Positions 35,960-44,500 of a DNA stretch of 64,000 bases are shown here, piece after piece. A program made the position numbers and the translations under genes. Position 1 is the stretch's first letter. Every line of letters starts with the position of its first letter. Source of the stretch: Pirellulales bacterium (GTDB lineage Bacteria; Planctomycetota; Planctomycetia; Pirellulales; JALHPA01). The notes beneath the pieces are model-generated. The model was given only the letters and a program-made list of their open reading frames with translations, made no database searches and was not told the DNA's origin. The stretch lies in contig JBGSSS010000136.1 of the NCBI GenBank assembly GCA_041736895.1, positions 5,641 through 69,640 of the forward strand. Reading direction: 5' to 3'.

Positions 35960-36358
35960 TTACTTAAAGACCGCTCGAAAGCCGGCTTGCTCGAAGTGAT
36001 GATCTGCCGTCAGAGCATCCATGACTTGATGCTCGGACATCACGGCAAAGGAGATGCAATCGGTCAGCGACCAATCTTTGTCGAGGCGGCTGGCAAAGAG
36101 ATTAAAGCCGCTTTGATAGACGGCTTGTTTGTAGCCGATGATTTCTACTAGAGGATCGACTCGTAGAGTATTAATTAGCGAAATGACACGTGTCCGTTTG
36201 CTTGCCGCTGAAAAAACGTCAGCTAGCTCAAGCAATACCCATTCCGTGGTCAGCAACTTCCCTTGATAAGCATTCAAGTAAGCGCTTACCTTGGAATTAG
36301 CTTGATCGCGAGGATTCGACCAAGCAATGAGAGCAAATGTGTCCAGAAACACGATCAT
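35960..36358 (-). CDS. PIN-domain toxin (VapC-like)
   Basis: MIVFLDTFALIA N-terminus, 132 aa, and an ATGA overlap with the upstream small gene. Confidence 0.8.
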   Translation of the reverse strand: MIVFLDTFALIAWSNPRDQANSKVSAYLNAYQGKLLTTEWVLLELADVFSAASKRTRVISLINTLRVDPLVEIIGYKQAVYQSGFNLFASRLDKDWSLTDCISFAVMSEHQVMDALTADHHFEQAGFRAVFK

Positions 36359-36567
36359 CGCTTCGGTGTCCCCAACCGATAGTGATCATGTTGCGCCGCC
36401 AAGTCCTCGGGAGCATCTGTGATGATGCCTTTGAATTGCGCAAATTCCTCGCCGAAAGTGCGCGGCTTTGCATCACCTGATACAATACGGACCTTCGTCC
36501 CTTCGGCGAACACCGAAGCGTCATCGGGGATAATGACCCCGTTGTGTACGATTCCAGTGATTTCCAT
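36355..36567 (-). CDS. antitoxin (DUF104/AF2212-like small beta protein)
   Basis: 70 aa. MEITGIVHNGVIIPDDASVFAEGTKVRIV resembles the DUF104 antitoxin pattern. The stop overlaps the PIN start (ATGA). Confidence 0.65.
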   Translation of the reverse strand: MEITGIVHNGVIIPDDASVFAEGTKVRIVSGDAKPRTFGEEFAQFKGIITDAPEDLAAQHDHYRLGTPKR

Positions 36568-36715
36568 GACCGGACCTATGAAGTGCGAAAAATAGCGATC
36601 GCGTTGTCGTCAGTGGTATTATACCAACAACGACCGACTTGCGTCGAATTCCCACGCCGGCCGTGGACGGTCCGGCGAAGCGATCGCCGATGTTATCGGC
36701 GTTTTGAATGCGAGA

Positions 36716-37930
36716 TTAGTATTCCCGCGGCCGCACGCGGCCTTGAACTCGCAGCGGCAACCCTTGAATCCGCAGGAACCCTTCGGCGTCGGTTTGATCG
36801 TACGAGCCGCCGCCTTCCATGCTGGCGATGCCGGCGTCGTAGAGCGAGTAAGGACTCGAACGCTTGTCGACGCTGATGTTGCCTTTGTAGAGCTTCAATG
36901 TGACACTGCCGGTGACTGGCTTTTGCGCTTCCTTGATGAAGGACAAAAGCGCGTCCATCTTCGCACAGTACCAGAACCCGTAGTACACCATCTCAGCAAC
37001 TTCGGGGGCCAAGCGATCGCGGAGATGCGTCAAGTCGCGGTCGAGCGTCAATTGCTCGATGCACTGCTGGGCCATGTAGAGGATCGTCATGCCCGGCGCT
37101 TCGTACACGCCGCGGCTCTTCATGCCGACGAAGCGGTTCTCGACAATATCGATTCGGCCGATGCCATTGCGGCCGCCGATCTTGTTCAGCTCCTTGACCA
37201 TCTCGAGCGCGCTGAGCTTCTTGCCATTGAGCTTGACAGGCACGCCCGACTCGAAGTCGAGCGTGATCGTTTCGCTTTGGTCGGGGGCCTTTTGAGGCGA
37301 GACGGTCATCCCGAAATCGACGAGTTCGACGCCGTTGACGTCGAGTTCTTCGAGCTTGCCGGCTTCGTAGCTGATGTGCAGACAGTTTTCGTCGCTGCTG
37401 TAGGGCTTGGCGATCGACGCCTTGACCGGAATTTTTTTCGCGGCGCAGAATTCGATCAGTTCCTTTCGCCCCGGGAAGCGGTCGCGGAATTCCTTGATCC
37501 GCCATGGCGCAATCAGCTTGACGTTGGGGTTCAGCGCTTCGGCGGCGAGTTGGAACCGGCATTGGTCGTTGCCTTTGCCTGTCGCGCCGTGAGCGTAAGC
37601 GTCAGCGCCAACTTCCTTCGCAACCTGGAGACAGATCTTGCTGATCAACGGGCGCGCGATCGAGGTGCCGAGCAGATAAATGTTTTCATACTTCGCCTGC
37701 CACTGCATCACGGGAAAGGCAAAATCGCGGCAGAGTTCTTCCTGGGCATCGACGACGCGCGACGAGATCGCGCCGCAATCCAGCGCCTTTTGCCGAGTCG
37801 CTTCGCGGTCTTCGCAAGGTTGCCCGAGGTCGACATACACGGCGTGGATGTCGTACCCTTGCTCGATGAGCCAACCCAAGATGACCGAAGTATCCAACCC
37901 GCCTGAGTAGGCAAGAACGCAGCTAGGCAT
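36716..37930 (-). CDS. argG: argininosuccinate synthase
   Basis: AYSGGLDTS ATP-pyrophosphatase motif, 404 aa, with full-length similarity to ArgG as I remember it. Confidence 0.95.
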   Translation of the reverse strand: MPSCVLAYSGGLDTSVILGWLIEQGYDIHAVYVDLGQPCEDREATRQKALDCGAISSRVVDAQEELCRDFAFPVMQWQAKYENIYLLGTSIARPLISKICLQVAKEVGADAYAHGATGKGNDQCRFQLAAEALNPNVKLIAPWRIKEFRDRFPGRKELIEFCAAKKIPVKASIAKPYSSDENCLHISYEAGKLEELDVNGVELVDFGMTVSPQKAPDQSETITLDFESGVPVKLNGKKLSALEMVKELNKIGGRNGIGRIDIVENRFVGMKSRGVYEAPGMTILYMAQQCIEQLTLDRDLTHLRDRLAPEVAEMVYYGFWYCAKMDALLSFIKEAQKPVTGSVTLKLYKGNISVDKRSSPYSLYDAGIASMEGGGSYDQTDAEGFLRIQGLPLRVQGRVRPREY

Positions 37931-38103
37931 GACCGACTTTCAACGAAAATAAGAGTGAACCGGATTCGCAACGAGCATCCATTGTGCGAAGAGTGATGCC
38001 GCGCTGGCAAGGGGGCAATTCCGTACGTCAGGCTTTAGCCTGCCCCGTTTAGCCGGAGCGTCCACGCCCGGCGAGTCAGACAAGAACGCCTGACGTACAT
38101 TTT

Positions 38104-38415
38104 TTACACCGGAGGGTTCAGCAGCTTGGTCAGATTCTCGCGCATTTGTGCTTCGACCATTCCCTTAAATAGCATCGCCGCGAGCGGCAGTTGCGTGACG
38201 ACCTTGACCGAATCGGGCTGCACGTCGAGAGTGCCCGAGATTTTCATCCCCATTGTTTTAAAGGCGTAATCCAAGATATTGCCGGTCCAGGTTTGCTGGA
38301 GATCCGAAATTTTTTGATTCACTTCGTCTTGATTCGCGGTCATAAAGTTTTCGAGCGCAGCTCGTGCGCCGGCCTGACCGAGTTGATGAGCCACTTGAAC
38401 GGAGACGGATGGCAT
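38104..38415 (-). CDS. putative polyhydroxyalkanoic-acid-system family protein (small, ~100 aa)
   Basis: The layout (V-H-LG-A-A ... G-L-V-V ... LP-A-FKG-VE) resembles the PHA_gran_rgn family. This rests on memory only. Confidence 0.45.
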   Translation of the reverse strand: MPSVSVQVAHQLGQAGARAALENFMTANQDEVNQKISDLQQTWTGNILDYAFKTMGMKISGTLDVQPDSVKVVTQLPLAAMLFKGMVEAQMRENLTKLLNPPV

Positions 38416-38597
38416 CTTGAGTGTCGCGTTAGAATAGGATGAAGTAGCAAACCGGACTCTATTTTACCTTACTTGGATCAACATACGAAGACGAAAGTGG
38501 CAGAGTTCATTTGTTGCGTAAAACGCCTGAAACTCCCAGGTGTTCCGCCGGGTAAAGCTGATATCTCCCTAACAATGATCGCCACCGAGAGAACTGC

Positions 38598-39209
38598 ATG
38601 TTTCGCCGCCCGCTTTTACTGCTCGCTTTGCTATCGCCCGCCTTGCTGGGGGCAGGGGGCTGGCTCTACTTGAATCGCCCGTTTGAACCGTCGCGGGCAT
38701 CGCCGCGTGAATTGTGCGGCTGGCTGATGCAGAACGAGGCGGGTCAAGCTTCGCCCGAACTGCAAGCCGAATTGTTCGAGCGCTGCCGCCAGGAACTTGT
38801 TGGTCCCGAATCGGCGCTCGATTGGAACGAACTCAGCGAAGCGTTGCGCACCGTCGAGCCAGCACAACGCGCGATCTGGAACCACAACGTGCGCTGGTGG
38901 TGCCGCGCGTGGTGGCTGAGCGAAGGCCGCGCTTACACACTCGTCGCCCTGCAGGAACGCGCGGCCTACTTAAAGAAAAAACTCGCGCACTGGTCGGCCA
39001 ACGAATGGGCCGCACTCGGCAAGCTGCGCCGCGCCGGCGAGACGACCTCCACTGCGTCATCAACATCGTTGACCGAATGGAGTACCGAAATCGAATCGTG
39101 GATCGCGTCGGCTCCGGCCACGGAGCAGCCAGGGCTGCAAGAATTCTGGGCCGCAATCCGCTGGCAACTGCTCATGCAGCCGGAATTGTTGCAGAGCATG
39201 TCGAGTTAA
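38598..39209 (+). CDS. hypothetical protein with N-terminal signal/anchor
   Basis: MFRRPLLLLALLSPALLGAGGWLYL. Trp-rich helical protein followed by a terminator. Confidence 0.5.
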   Translation: MFRRPLLLLALLSPALLGAGGWLYLNRPFEPSRASPRELCGWLMQNEAGQASPELQAELFERCRQELVGPESALDWNELSEALRTVEPAQRAIWNHNVRWWCRAWWLSEGRAYTLVALQERAAYLKKKLAHWSANEWAALGKLRRAGETTSTASSTSLTEWSTEIESWIASAPATEQPGLQEFWAAIRWQLLMQPELLQSMSS

Positions 39210-39237
39210 CAACTTTCGAGCTAGGCGAAAAAAAGAT

Positions 39238-39270
39238 CCCAGGGGAAAATCTCCTGGGCTTTGTGTTTTT
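39238..39270. terminator. bidirectional Rho-independent terminator of the CCCAGGGG hairpin family
   Basis: The cccagggga / tctcctggg stem is flanked by an A-run upstream and CTTTGTGTTTTT downstream. It lies between convergent genes. Confidence 0.75.
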
Positions 39271-39329
39271 GAGCTTAATTTCTTGCAACGACATTCTTCC
39301 TTCTTCCTCCTGTCTTCTTCCTTCTCCCC

Positions 39330-39539
39330 TTACATCCGCCGATCTTCTTCCATTTGATAATGGAGACGATCCGAGGGATGCCAGAGCGGCAGCCCTTTCG
39401 TAAGACGATCCGCAAGGATGTTGAGCTTTTCATCGGAGCCCGGCATCGCCGTGGTTGCCGCGAAATCTTTGACCGCCGAAACTTCGGGCTCATAGTCCCA
39501 TTGCCCGAGTTTGATCGCTTCTAAAATCGAGATTCCCAT
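39330..39539 (-). CDS. small hypothetical protein (69 aa)
   Basis: The ATG at 39539 is preceded by AAGGA. The upstream part of the longer track ORF runs through a tandem repeat and looks non-coding. Confidence 0.35.
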   Translation of the reverse strand: MGISILEAIKLGQWDYEPEVSAVKDFAATTAMPGSDEKLNILADRLTKGLPLWHPSDRLHYQMEEDRRM

Positions 39540-39548
39540 AGTTCCTTG

Positions 39549-39596
39549 CCGTGGAGTAAAGGGGCCGTGGAGTAAAGAGGCCGTGGAGTAAAGGGT
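39549..39596. repeat. 16-bp direct tandem repeat, three copies
   Basis: ccgtggagtaaagggg / ccgtggagtaaagagg / ccgtggagtaaagggt lie immediately upstream of the RBS of the minus-strand small ORF. Confidence 0.85.
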
Positions 39597-39936
39597 GATG
39601 ATGACACTAACGGCAACGAATGTGCCGATCCCGCGCATACGATCAAGGAGCCCGTGCCGTAGTTTCGGAGACTTGCCGTGCGAAGGAAATGAATTGAACG
39701 AGAACGTGACACCAAGGGAATCGGCGTCCGTGCGCAATTCGTCAAGAAAATTCCAGCGAGACCGCCGTGCTCGCTAAAGAGCGCAGTATTCGATTATTTG
39801 GACTTGATGTCAAGAATATTCCGAAATGATTTTTTTATGATGAGGCTCAAGGGTAATCCCCTGTGGATAACAGGTTGTGCAGTGGCATACTTTATGCCAA
39901 CTGCAATTTTCCATGATGAAATTTGATGCGAATATT

Positions 39937-40716
39937 TCAGGTTGGTTGATGAGTCGCGTTAATCGTCGTTACACGCATGAATTGCCGCCAAGCTGAGATC
40001 TTGGCGGCATTCACTATTCCACAGCGAATGTCATCGCCTGGCATCTCCGAATCGCAAACCGCGCCGCGAATTCCAAGATAGTTCGCCCCCCACTGGCGCA
40101 ATCCGGAAACATCTTCCAGCCCAAGTTTCCCGGCGAATACAAATGAAACCTTCGCTTGCCGCAGCTCTTGGCTAACCCGCAAAAAATCCGCAGCCTGCCA
40201 AAGTTTACACAGCCCGGGTCCGCGCTTGTCCCAAGTATCGAAGAGCATCATGCTGAGGCCATGCTCGAGAACAAAGGCTCGCAATTCGTCATAACTCGGT
40301 GCGTTGCAAAGTTCGCCATCGGCGTAACAGACAAGCACCGGTTCGACGAAGGCTGGCAGGTGCGAACGCCACGCGAGCCACATCTCGCGCCAGTTCGGAT
40401 CTTTTGCACAACCGGCTAGGCCAATTTTGGCAAATTGATAACCGGCCCAAACGGCCGGATCATAAGAATCGAATGCCGAGTCATTTTTTTTGTCGCCCTC
40501 GCTAACGCTACGGGCTACAAAATCGCGCAGCTCGCCGCAGGCGGCACTCAGTAGATGCTCCGCCCTGAGCCGTTGCCCAATCACGCGGCGCACACTCTCG
40601 TCGGCCATACCCAGCGGCCCGCGCGCGGGTTCTTTGACGTCGATCAAATCGACGCCGGCGGTAGCTGCGACAAGCGCCTCGTCCAAAGAGCGAATGCTGA
40701 CCAACAAGCGCGTCAT
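39937..40716 (-). CDS. DUF556 / MfnB-like aldolase-type TIM-barrel protein (H4MPT/methanofuran-linked family)
   Basis: MTRLLVSIRSLDEALVAATAGVDLIDVKEPARGPLG is the characteristic N-terminus of the (5-formylfuran-3-yl)methyl phosphate synthase-like family. Confidence 0.75.
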   Translation of the reverse strand: MTRLLVSIRSLDEALVAATAGVDLIDVKEPARGPLGMADESVRRVIGQRLRAEHLLSAACGELRDFVARSVSEGDKKNDSAFDSYDPAVWAGYQFAKIGLAGCAKDPNWREMWLAWRSHLPAFVEPVLVCYADGELCNAPSYDELRAFVLEHGLSMMLFDTWDKRGPGLCKLWQAADFLRVSQELRQAKVSFVFAGKLGLEDVSGLRQWGANYLGIRGAVCDSEMPGDDIRCGIVNAAKISAWRQFMRVTTINATHQPT

Positions 40717-41345
40717 TGCGGCGCGTCCTGCAAACTTTCCGCGCCGGTGGTGAGCAACTGGCCTTGGACAAGCGACGGCTTACTTGGCACCGGCTTTGCG
40801 GCGGCTTGCTGTGCTTGATGCAGCATTGTGTTCATGCGCTTGACGACCTCGATGTCGATCGGTTCACAGAAGAGGCCGCGGATGGTGACGTAACCTTCGC
40901 ACCATTTGCCGATGCTGAGCGTCAAATCGCGGCGGTGCCACTCCTCGGCCCGTTCGGCGAGCCGCACAACGATGTTTTTCGTCTGCACATCGCGAGATGG
41001 CTGGCCCGGGATCTGCGTGATGCCGGTCCCGAGAAAAAAGCACTCGACGAATTCGAGCGGCACCGCATAGGGCTTCGGCCCTGGCAGATACATCACCACT
41101 TCGCGCTCGTTCGCATCGTAAGCAACGCGCGGCAGCCGCCCGACCCAAGCAATCAGTCCGACGATCAAGAGGGAGATTAGCAGACCCGCGATTCCTACGA
41201 CCAAGAAAATGGCGGCTAGACCGCTCCCCAGAAAACTGAGCACGATGAAAAAGACCGAACCAAGCACAGCCAGCAGCGGAGCCGCGAGCCCCGCCAACAG
41301 GAGGCGCTGATTTCCGCGTAACCAAATTTCAGTCGGAGCACTCAT
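40713..41345 (-). CDS. membrane protein, unknown function, translationally coupled to the DUF556 gene
   Basis: Two long TM helices, then a soluble domain. The stop overlaps the downstream start (ATGA at 40713-40716). Confidence 0.55.
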   Translation of the reverse strand: MSAPTEIWLRGNQRLLLAGLAAPLLAVLGSVFFIVLSFLGSGLAAIFLVVGIAGLLISLLIVGLIAWVGRLPRVAYDANEREVVMYLPGPKPYAVPLEFVECFFLGTGITQIPGQPSRDVQTKNIVVRLAERAEEWHRRDLTLSIGKWCEGYVTIRGLFCEPIDIEVVKRMNTMLHQAQQAAAKPVPSKPSLVQGQLLTTGAESLQDAPQ

Positions 41346-41547
41346 TGAATCTTCGTGGGTATTCTTCTGCAAGATCGAGTCACAGACTGATTGTCGTATC
41401 TGCATCGCGTTTTCGCAATTGCTTCGAGGTGATGCCGTAACATGATTTATGCATTGTAGTGACAGCCATTCGACCGACGAAAAACATGATTTCCAGTTTC
41501 TTCCTTTTTTCCTTTTTGCAATCTTTACCGCGTATCACCGCTGTCAC

Positions 41548-41576
41548 TTACAGCCATTTGCTAAACTAGCTACAAT
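41548..41576 (+). promoter_or_regulatory. promoter-like element TTACAG-N17-TACAAT upstream of rnd
   Basis: The hexamers are at 41548-41553 and 41571-41576. It would give a ~105-nt leader that contains the CCTGTC repeat. Confidence 0.3.
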
Positions 41577-41647
41577 TTGTCGTGCATGTCCTCCGCTGCG
41601 CGTCAAGGCTAACCGGTATGTGGCAGCACCTTACCTTTGCCTGCTCT

Positions 41648-41683
41648 CCTGTCACCCTGCACTCCTGTCTCCTGCATTCCTGA
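41648..41683 (+). repeat. CCTGTC-rich 36-nt leader repeat, copy B (ends 4 nt before the rnd GTG start)
   Basis: cctgtcaccctgcactcctgtctcctgcattcctga matches 18292-18327 at 31 of 36 positions. Confidence 0.75.
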
Positions 41684-41687
41684 AAAA

Positions 41688-42860
41688 GTGTCTTACCGGC
41701 AGATCAATACCGATGCGGAACTGCGGCAGCTCTGCGACGAGTTGGCTAGCGCGGCGTGGATTGCCTTTGACACGGAGTTTGTCTCGGAGCACAGTTACCG
41801 TTCAGAACTTTGCTTGATCCAGGTCGCCGCGCCCGATTTGCTCGCGATCATCGATCCGCTGTCGATCAACGACGTGAAGCCGTTTTGGGATCTGATCGTC
41901 GCCCCAGGCCACGAGACGATTGTCCACGCCGGGCGCGAGGAATTGAATTTCTGCCTGAACAGCACGGGCAAGCTGCCGAACAATTTGTTCGACGTGCAAA
42001 TCGCCGCCGGCCTCGTCGGCCCCGAATATCCAGCGGGCTACGGCGCGTTGCTGTATCGCTTGCTCGGGGTCTCGTTGGAGAAAGGTGAAACGCGCACCGA
42101 TTGGCGGCGGCGCCCTCTGACGAAGCATCAGTTGGATTATGCGCTCGACGACGTCCGGCATCTTCGAGCGCTGCGCGACACGTTGGCTCAGCGTTTGACC
42201 GAGGCTGGCCGCTTGGAGTGGCTTGCCGAAGAGATGCTTGCCTGGCAGACCGAAGTCAGCGACTATCGCGGCCGCGAACATTGGCGGCGTCTGCCCGGCG
42301 GCAACACGTTGAACCGTCGCAGCCTCGCCGTGCTTCGCGAGCTCTGGATCTGGCGCGATAACGAGGCGAAGCGCCGCAATCATCCGGTGCGGCGAGTTTT
42401 GCGCGATGATCTGATGATCGAAGTCGCCAAACGCCGCTCGGCCGACATCAAACACATCCAAGCGATTCGCGGCATGGAACGCGCCGACGCGCATCGGATC
42501 ATGCCCGAGATGGCCCGCGGGATTCAACGGGCTCTCGACTTGCCGGATGCCGAACTGCCGCAGCATCAGAAACAAGGGACCTCGAACCAGTTCGCACTGC
42601 TGGGCCAATTTCTCAGCACAGCCCTGACGAGCATCTGCAAGACGCAGAACATCGCCGCCTCGCTCGTCGGCACGGCGAGCGATGTGCGCGACCTGATCAG
42701 CTTTCGCCTCGGCGTGGAAACATCGGAGCCGCCATCCCTAGCATCCGGGTGGCGCGAGGAAATCGTCGGACGGCTCATCGAGGATCTCCTCGAAGGCAAA
42801 GTCGCCGTCCACGTTGAGAACCCGCTCTCGGAAGACCCGCTGCGGTTTGATCCGCGGTAA
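41688..42860 (+). CDS. rnd: ribonuclease D
   Basis: I chose the GTG start so that [32 protein letters not shown] aligns with the E. coli RNase D N-terminus. DEDDy exonuclease and HRDC-like regions follow. Confidence 0.85.
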   Translation: MSYRQINTDAELRQLCDELASAAWIAFDTEFVSEHSYRSELCLIQVAAPDLLAIIDPLSINDVKPFWDLIVAPGHETIVHAGREELNFCLNSTGKLPNNLFDVQIAAGLVGPEYPAGYGALLYRLLGVSLEKGETRTDWRRRPLTKHQLDYALDDVRHLRALRDTLAQRLTEAGRLEWLAEEMLAWQTEVSDYRGREHWRRLPGGNTLNRRSLAVLRELWIWRDNEAKRRNHPVRRVLRDDLMIEVAKRRSADIKHIQAIRGMERADAHRIMPEMARGIQRALDLPDAELPQHQKQGTSNQFALLGQFLSTALTSICKTQNIAASLVGTASDVRDLISFRLGVETSEPPSLASGWREEIVGRLIEDLLEGKVAVHVENPLSEDPLRFDPR

Positions 42861-43021
42861 AAAACGGTCGCCTTAGGCTCCCCGCTAAACGGTTGTTCTC
42901 TTTAGCGCCTCGGAGATTCTCCCGCGCGAACCGTTACAACCGTTACGGTCTCCTCTCTAGCGAGCGTCGACCGTGTGGTAGAATTGAGGAGTCTTTTTTC
43001 CGGAACTTTCCGCAGCCAGCC

Positions 43022-43615
43022 ATGACCCGCACCGCCACGATCCAACGCAACACCGGCGAAACCAAGATTCGCGTCTCGCTCAACCTCGACGGCACCGGCC
43101 AGAGCCAGATTAAAACGGGCATCGGGTTCTTTGACCACATGCTGACGCTGTTCGCCAAGCACGGCGCGTTCGACCTGACCGTCGAAGCCGACGGCGACCT
43201 CCACGTCGATTACCACCACACGGTCGAAGACACGGGCATCGCCATTGGGCAGGCTCTCAAGCAAGCCCTCGGCGACAAAGCCGGCATCGCACGCTATGGC
43301 CACTTCACACTGCCAATGGACGAGACGCTCGTGACGAGCGCGCTCGACCTGAGCGGGCGATACTACCTGGTCTTCCAAGCTCCGTTCAGCAATGCCAAGA
43401 TCGGCGAGTTCGACACGGAATTGGTCGAGGACTTCTGGCAAGGCGTCGCCGCGAACGCGCTGATGAACCTGCACATCGTCCTTCACCACGGCCGCAACAA
43501 TCACCACATCGCCGAAGCGATCTTCAAAGGGACGGCCCGCGCGCTCCGCATGGCCGTGACCCACGACCCGCGCATGCCGGGGATTCCGAGTACCAAGGGG
43601 ACGTTGAGCGAGTAG
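43022..43615 (+). CDS. hisB: imidazoleglycerol-phosphate dehydratase
   Basis: [27 protein letters not shown] and [16 protein letters not shown] motifs. Confidence 0.9.
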   Translation: MTRTATIQRNTGETKIRVSLNLDGTGQSQIKTGIGFFDHMLTLFAKHGAFDLTVEADGDLHVDYHHTVEDTGIAIGQALKQALGDKAGIARYGHFTLPMDETLVTSALDLSGRYYLVFQAPFSNAKIGEFDTELVEDFWQGVAANALMNLHIVLHHGRNNHHIAEAIFKGTARALRMAVTHDPRMPGIPSTKGTLSE

Positions 43616-43632
43616 TCGAGCGTGGAGCGAGC

Positions 43633-43692
43633 AGAGTAGCCAACTTGCTTTGCAAGTTGGAATTCCGACTTGCAGAGCAAGTCGGCTACTCT
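43633..43692. repeat. 60-bp near-perfect palindrome centred on GGAATTCC, foldable as two hairpins closed by a 9-bp outer stem
   Basis: agagtagcc aacttgctttgcaagtt ggaattcc gacttgcagagcaagtc ggctactct, with three mismatches between the arms. Confidence 0.8.
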
Positions 43693-43721
43693 CGCGGCAA
43701 CTCCTGCATTACAAATACGTC

Positions 43722-44378
43722 ATGCCCGACGCGCCGCTCAACATCCTGTACCTCGACAACTGGCTCGCCGTGATCGACAAACCGAGCGGGTTACTGAGTG
43801 TCGCTGGCCGCGGACCGGAGAAGTCCGACTGTGTTGTCGCGCGGGCAAAAGCACTCTGGCCAGAGGCAAGCGAAGTTCATCGCCTGGATCAAGACACGTC
43901 CGGCATCATCGTCATCGCGCTCGATCCCGAGACACAACGCCGGTTGCACGCGCTCTTTGCCGAGCGAACCGTCGACAAGCGGTACATCGCGATCGCCGCG
44001 GGACATCTCGCGGCGGATCACGGCGAGATCGATCTGCCGTTGATGAAGGACTGGCCGAATCGCCCGCTGCAGAAAGTCGACCACGAACTAGGCAAACCGT
44101 CGCAGACACGCTGGCGGGTCTTGGAACGCTCGACAATCGTGACCGCGGCTGGCGAACTGCCCATCACGCGCGTTGAACTTGTCCCGCTCACGGGCCGGTC
44201 GCACCAGTTGCGGCTGCATTTGCGGGAAATCGGGCATCCGATCCTGGGCGATACGTTTTACGCCCCGCCGGTGATCGTCGCCGCGGCGCCGCGGTTATAT
44301 TTGCACGCAGCGATGATTCGGTTCACACATCCTTGGACGCACGAGCAAGTGACGTTTCATTGTGCGTGTCCATTTTGA
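43722..44378 (+). CDS. RluA-family pseudouridine synthase
   Basis: VIDKPSGLLSV and HRLDQDTSGIIV (catalytic Asp) motifs. Confidence 0.85.
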   Translation: MPDAPLNILYLDNWLAVIDKPSGLLSVAGRGPEKSDCVVARAKALWPEASEVHRLDQDTSGIIVIALDPETQRRLHALFAERTVDKRYIAIAAGHLAADHGEIDLPLMKDWPNRPLQKVDHELGKPSQTRWRVLERSTIVTAAGELPITRVELVPLTGRSHQLRLHLREIGHPILGDTFYAPPVIVAAAPRLYLHAAMIRFTHPWTHEQVTFHCACPF

Positions 44379-44399
44379 GAATAAATTGATCATTCTCTT

Positions 44400-44470
44400 G
44401 TTTAGCGGCGACTCGGAGAGGAGCGTTTTCGTCGCAAGTCAAAGCGCTCCACTTCGAGTCGCCGCTAAAC
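44400..44470. repeat. 71-nt extended hairpin (19-bp plus 6-bp stems), GTTTAGCGG/CCGCTAAAC family
   Basis: gtttagcggcgactcggag pairs with cttcgagtcgccgctaaac (one G-T pair). The inner stem is ggagcg/cgctcc. No T-run follows. Confidence 0.8.
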
Positions 44471-44500
44471 GGACAATACTTTCTGCGGTACAATGAAATC

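Noticed and set aside
36704-37906. Long antisense ORFs opposite well-supported genes. Examples are 36704-37906 opposite argG, 58582-59904 opposite the TonB-dependent receptor, 45280-46230 and 46294-47148 opposite glnS, 4778-5590 opposite the HD-GYP gene, 5473-6180 and 6337-7329 opposite ettA, 26826-27455 and 27486-28094 opposite flotillin, 42902-43564 opposite hisB, and 41802-42608 opposite rnd.
   Set aside because: These are typical shadow ORFs of G+C-rich DNA. Their products are Arg/Ala/Gly-rich with no motifs, while the opposite strand encodes proteins with unambiguous family signatures.
39549-39596. The tandem 16-bp repeats, considered as a minimal CRISPR array.
   Set aside because: The repeats are contiguous with no spacers and are too short. 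No cas genes are present in the window.
39862-39870. A perfect DnaA box (TGTGGATAA, the reverse complement of TTATCCACA) within an AT-rich non-coding stretch. I considered it as a possible replication origin.
   Set aside because: I found only a single box. There is no cluster of boxes, no adjacent dnaA/dnaN, and no clear AT-rich 13-mer-like unwinding repeats.
42893-43021. The long 5' extension of the hisB track ORF, and the possibility of a His-rich leader peptide/attenuator.
   Set aside because: The extension ([19 protein letters not shown]...) has no His codon run and is not protein-like. The ATG at 43022 gives the canonical HisB N-terminus.
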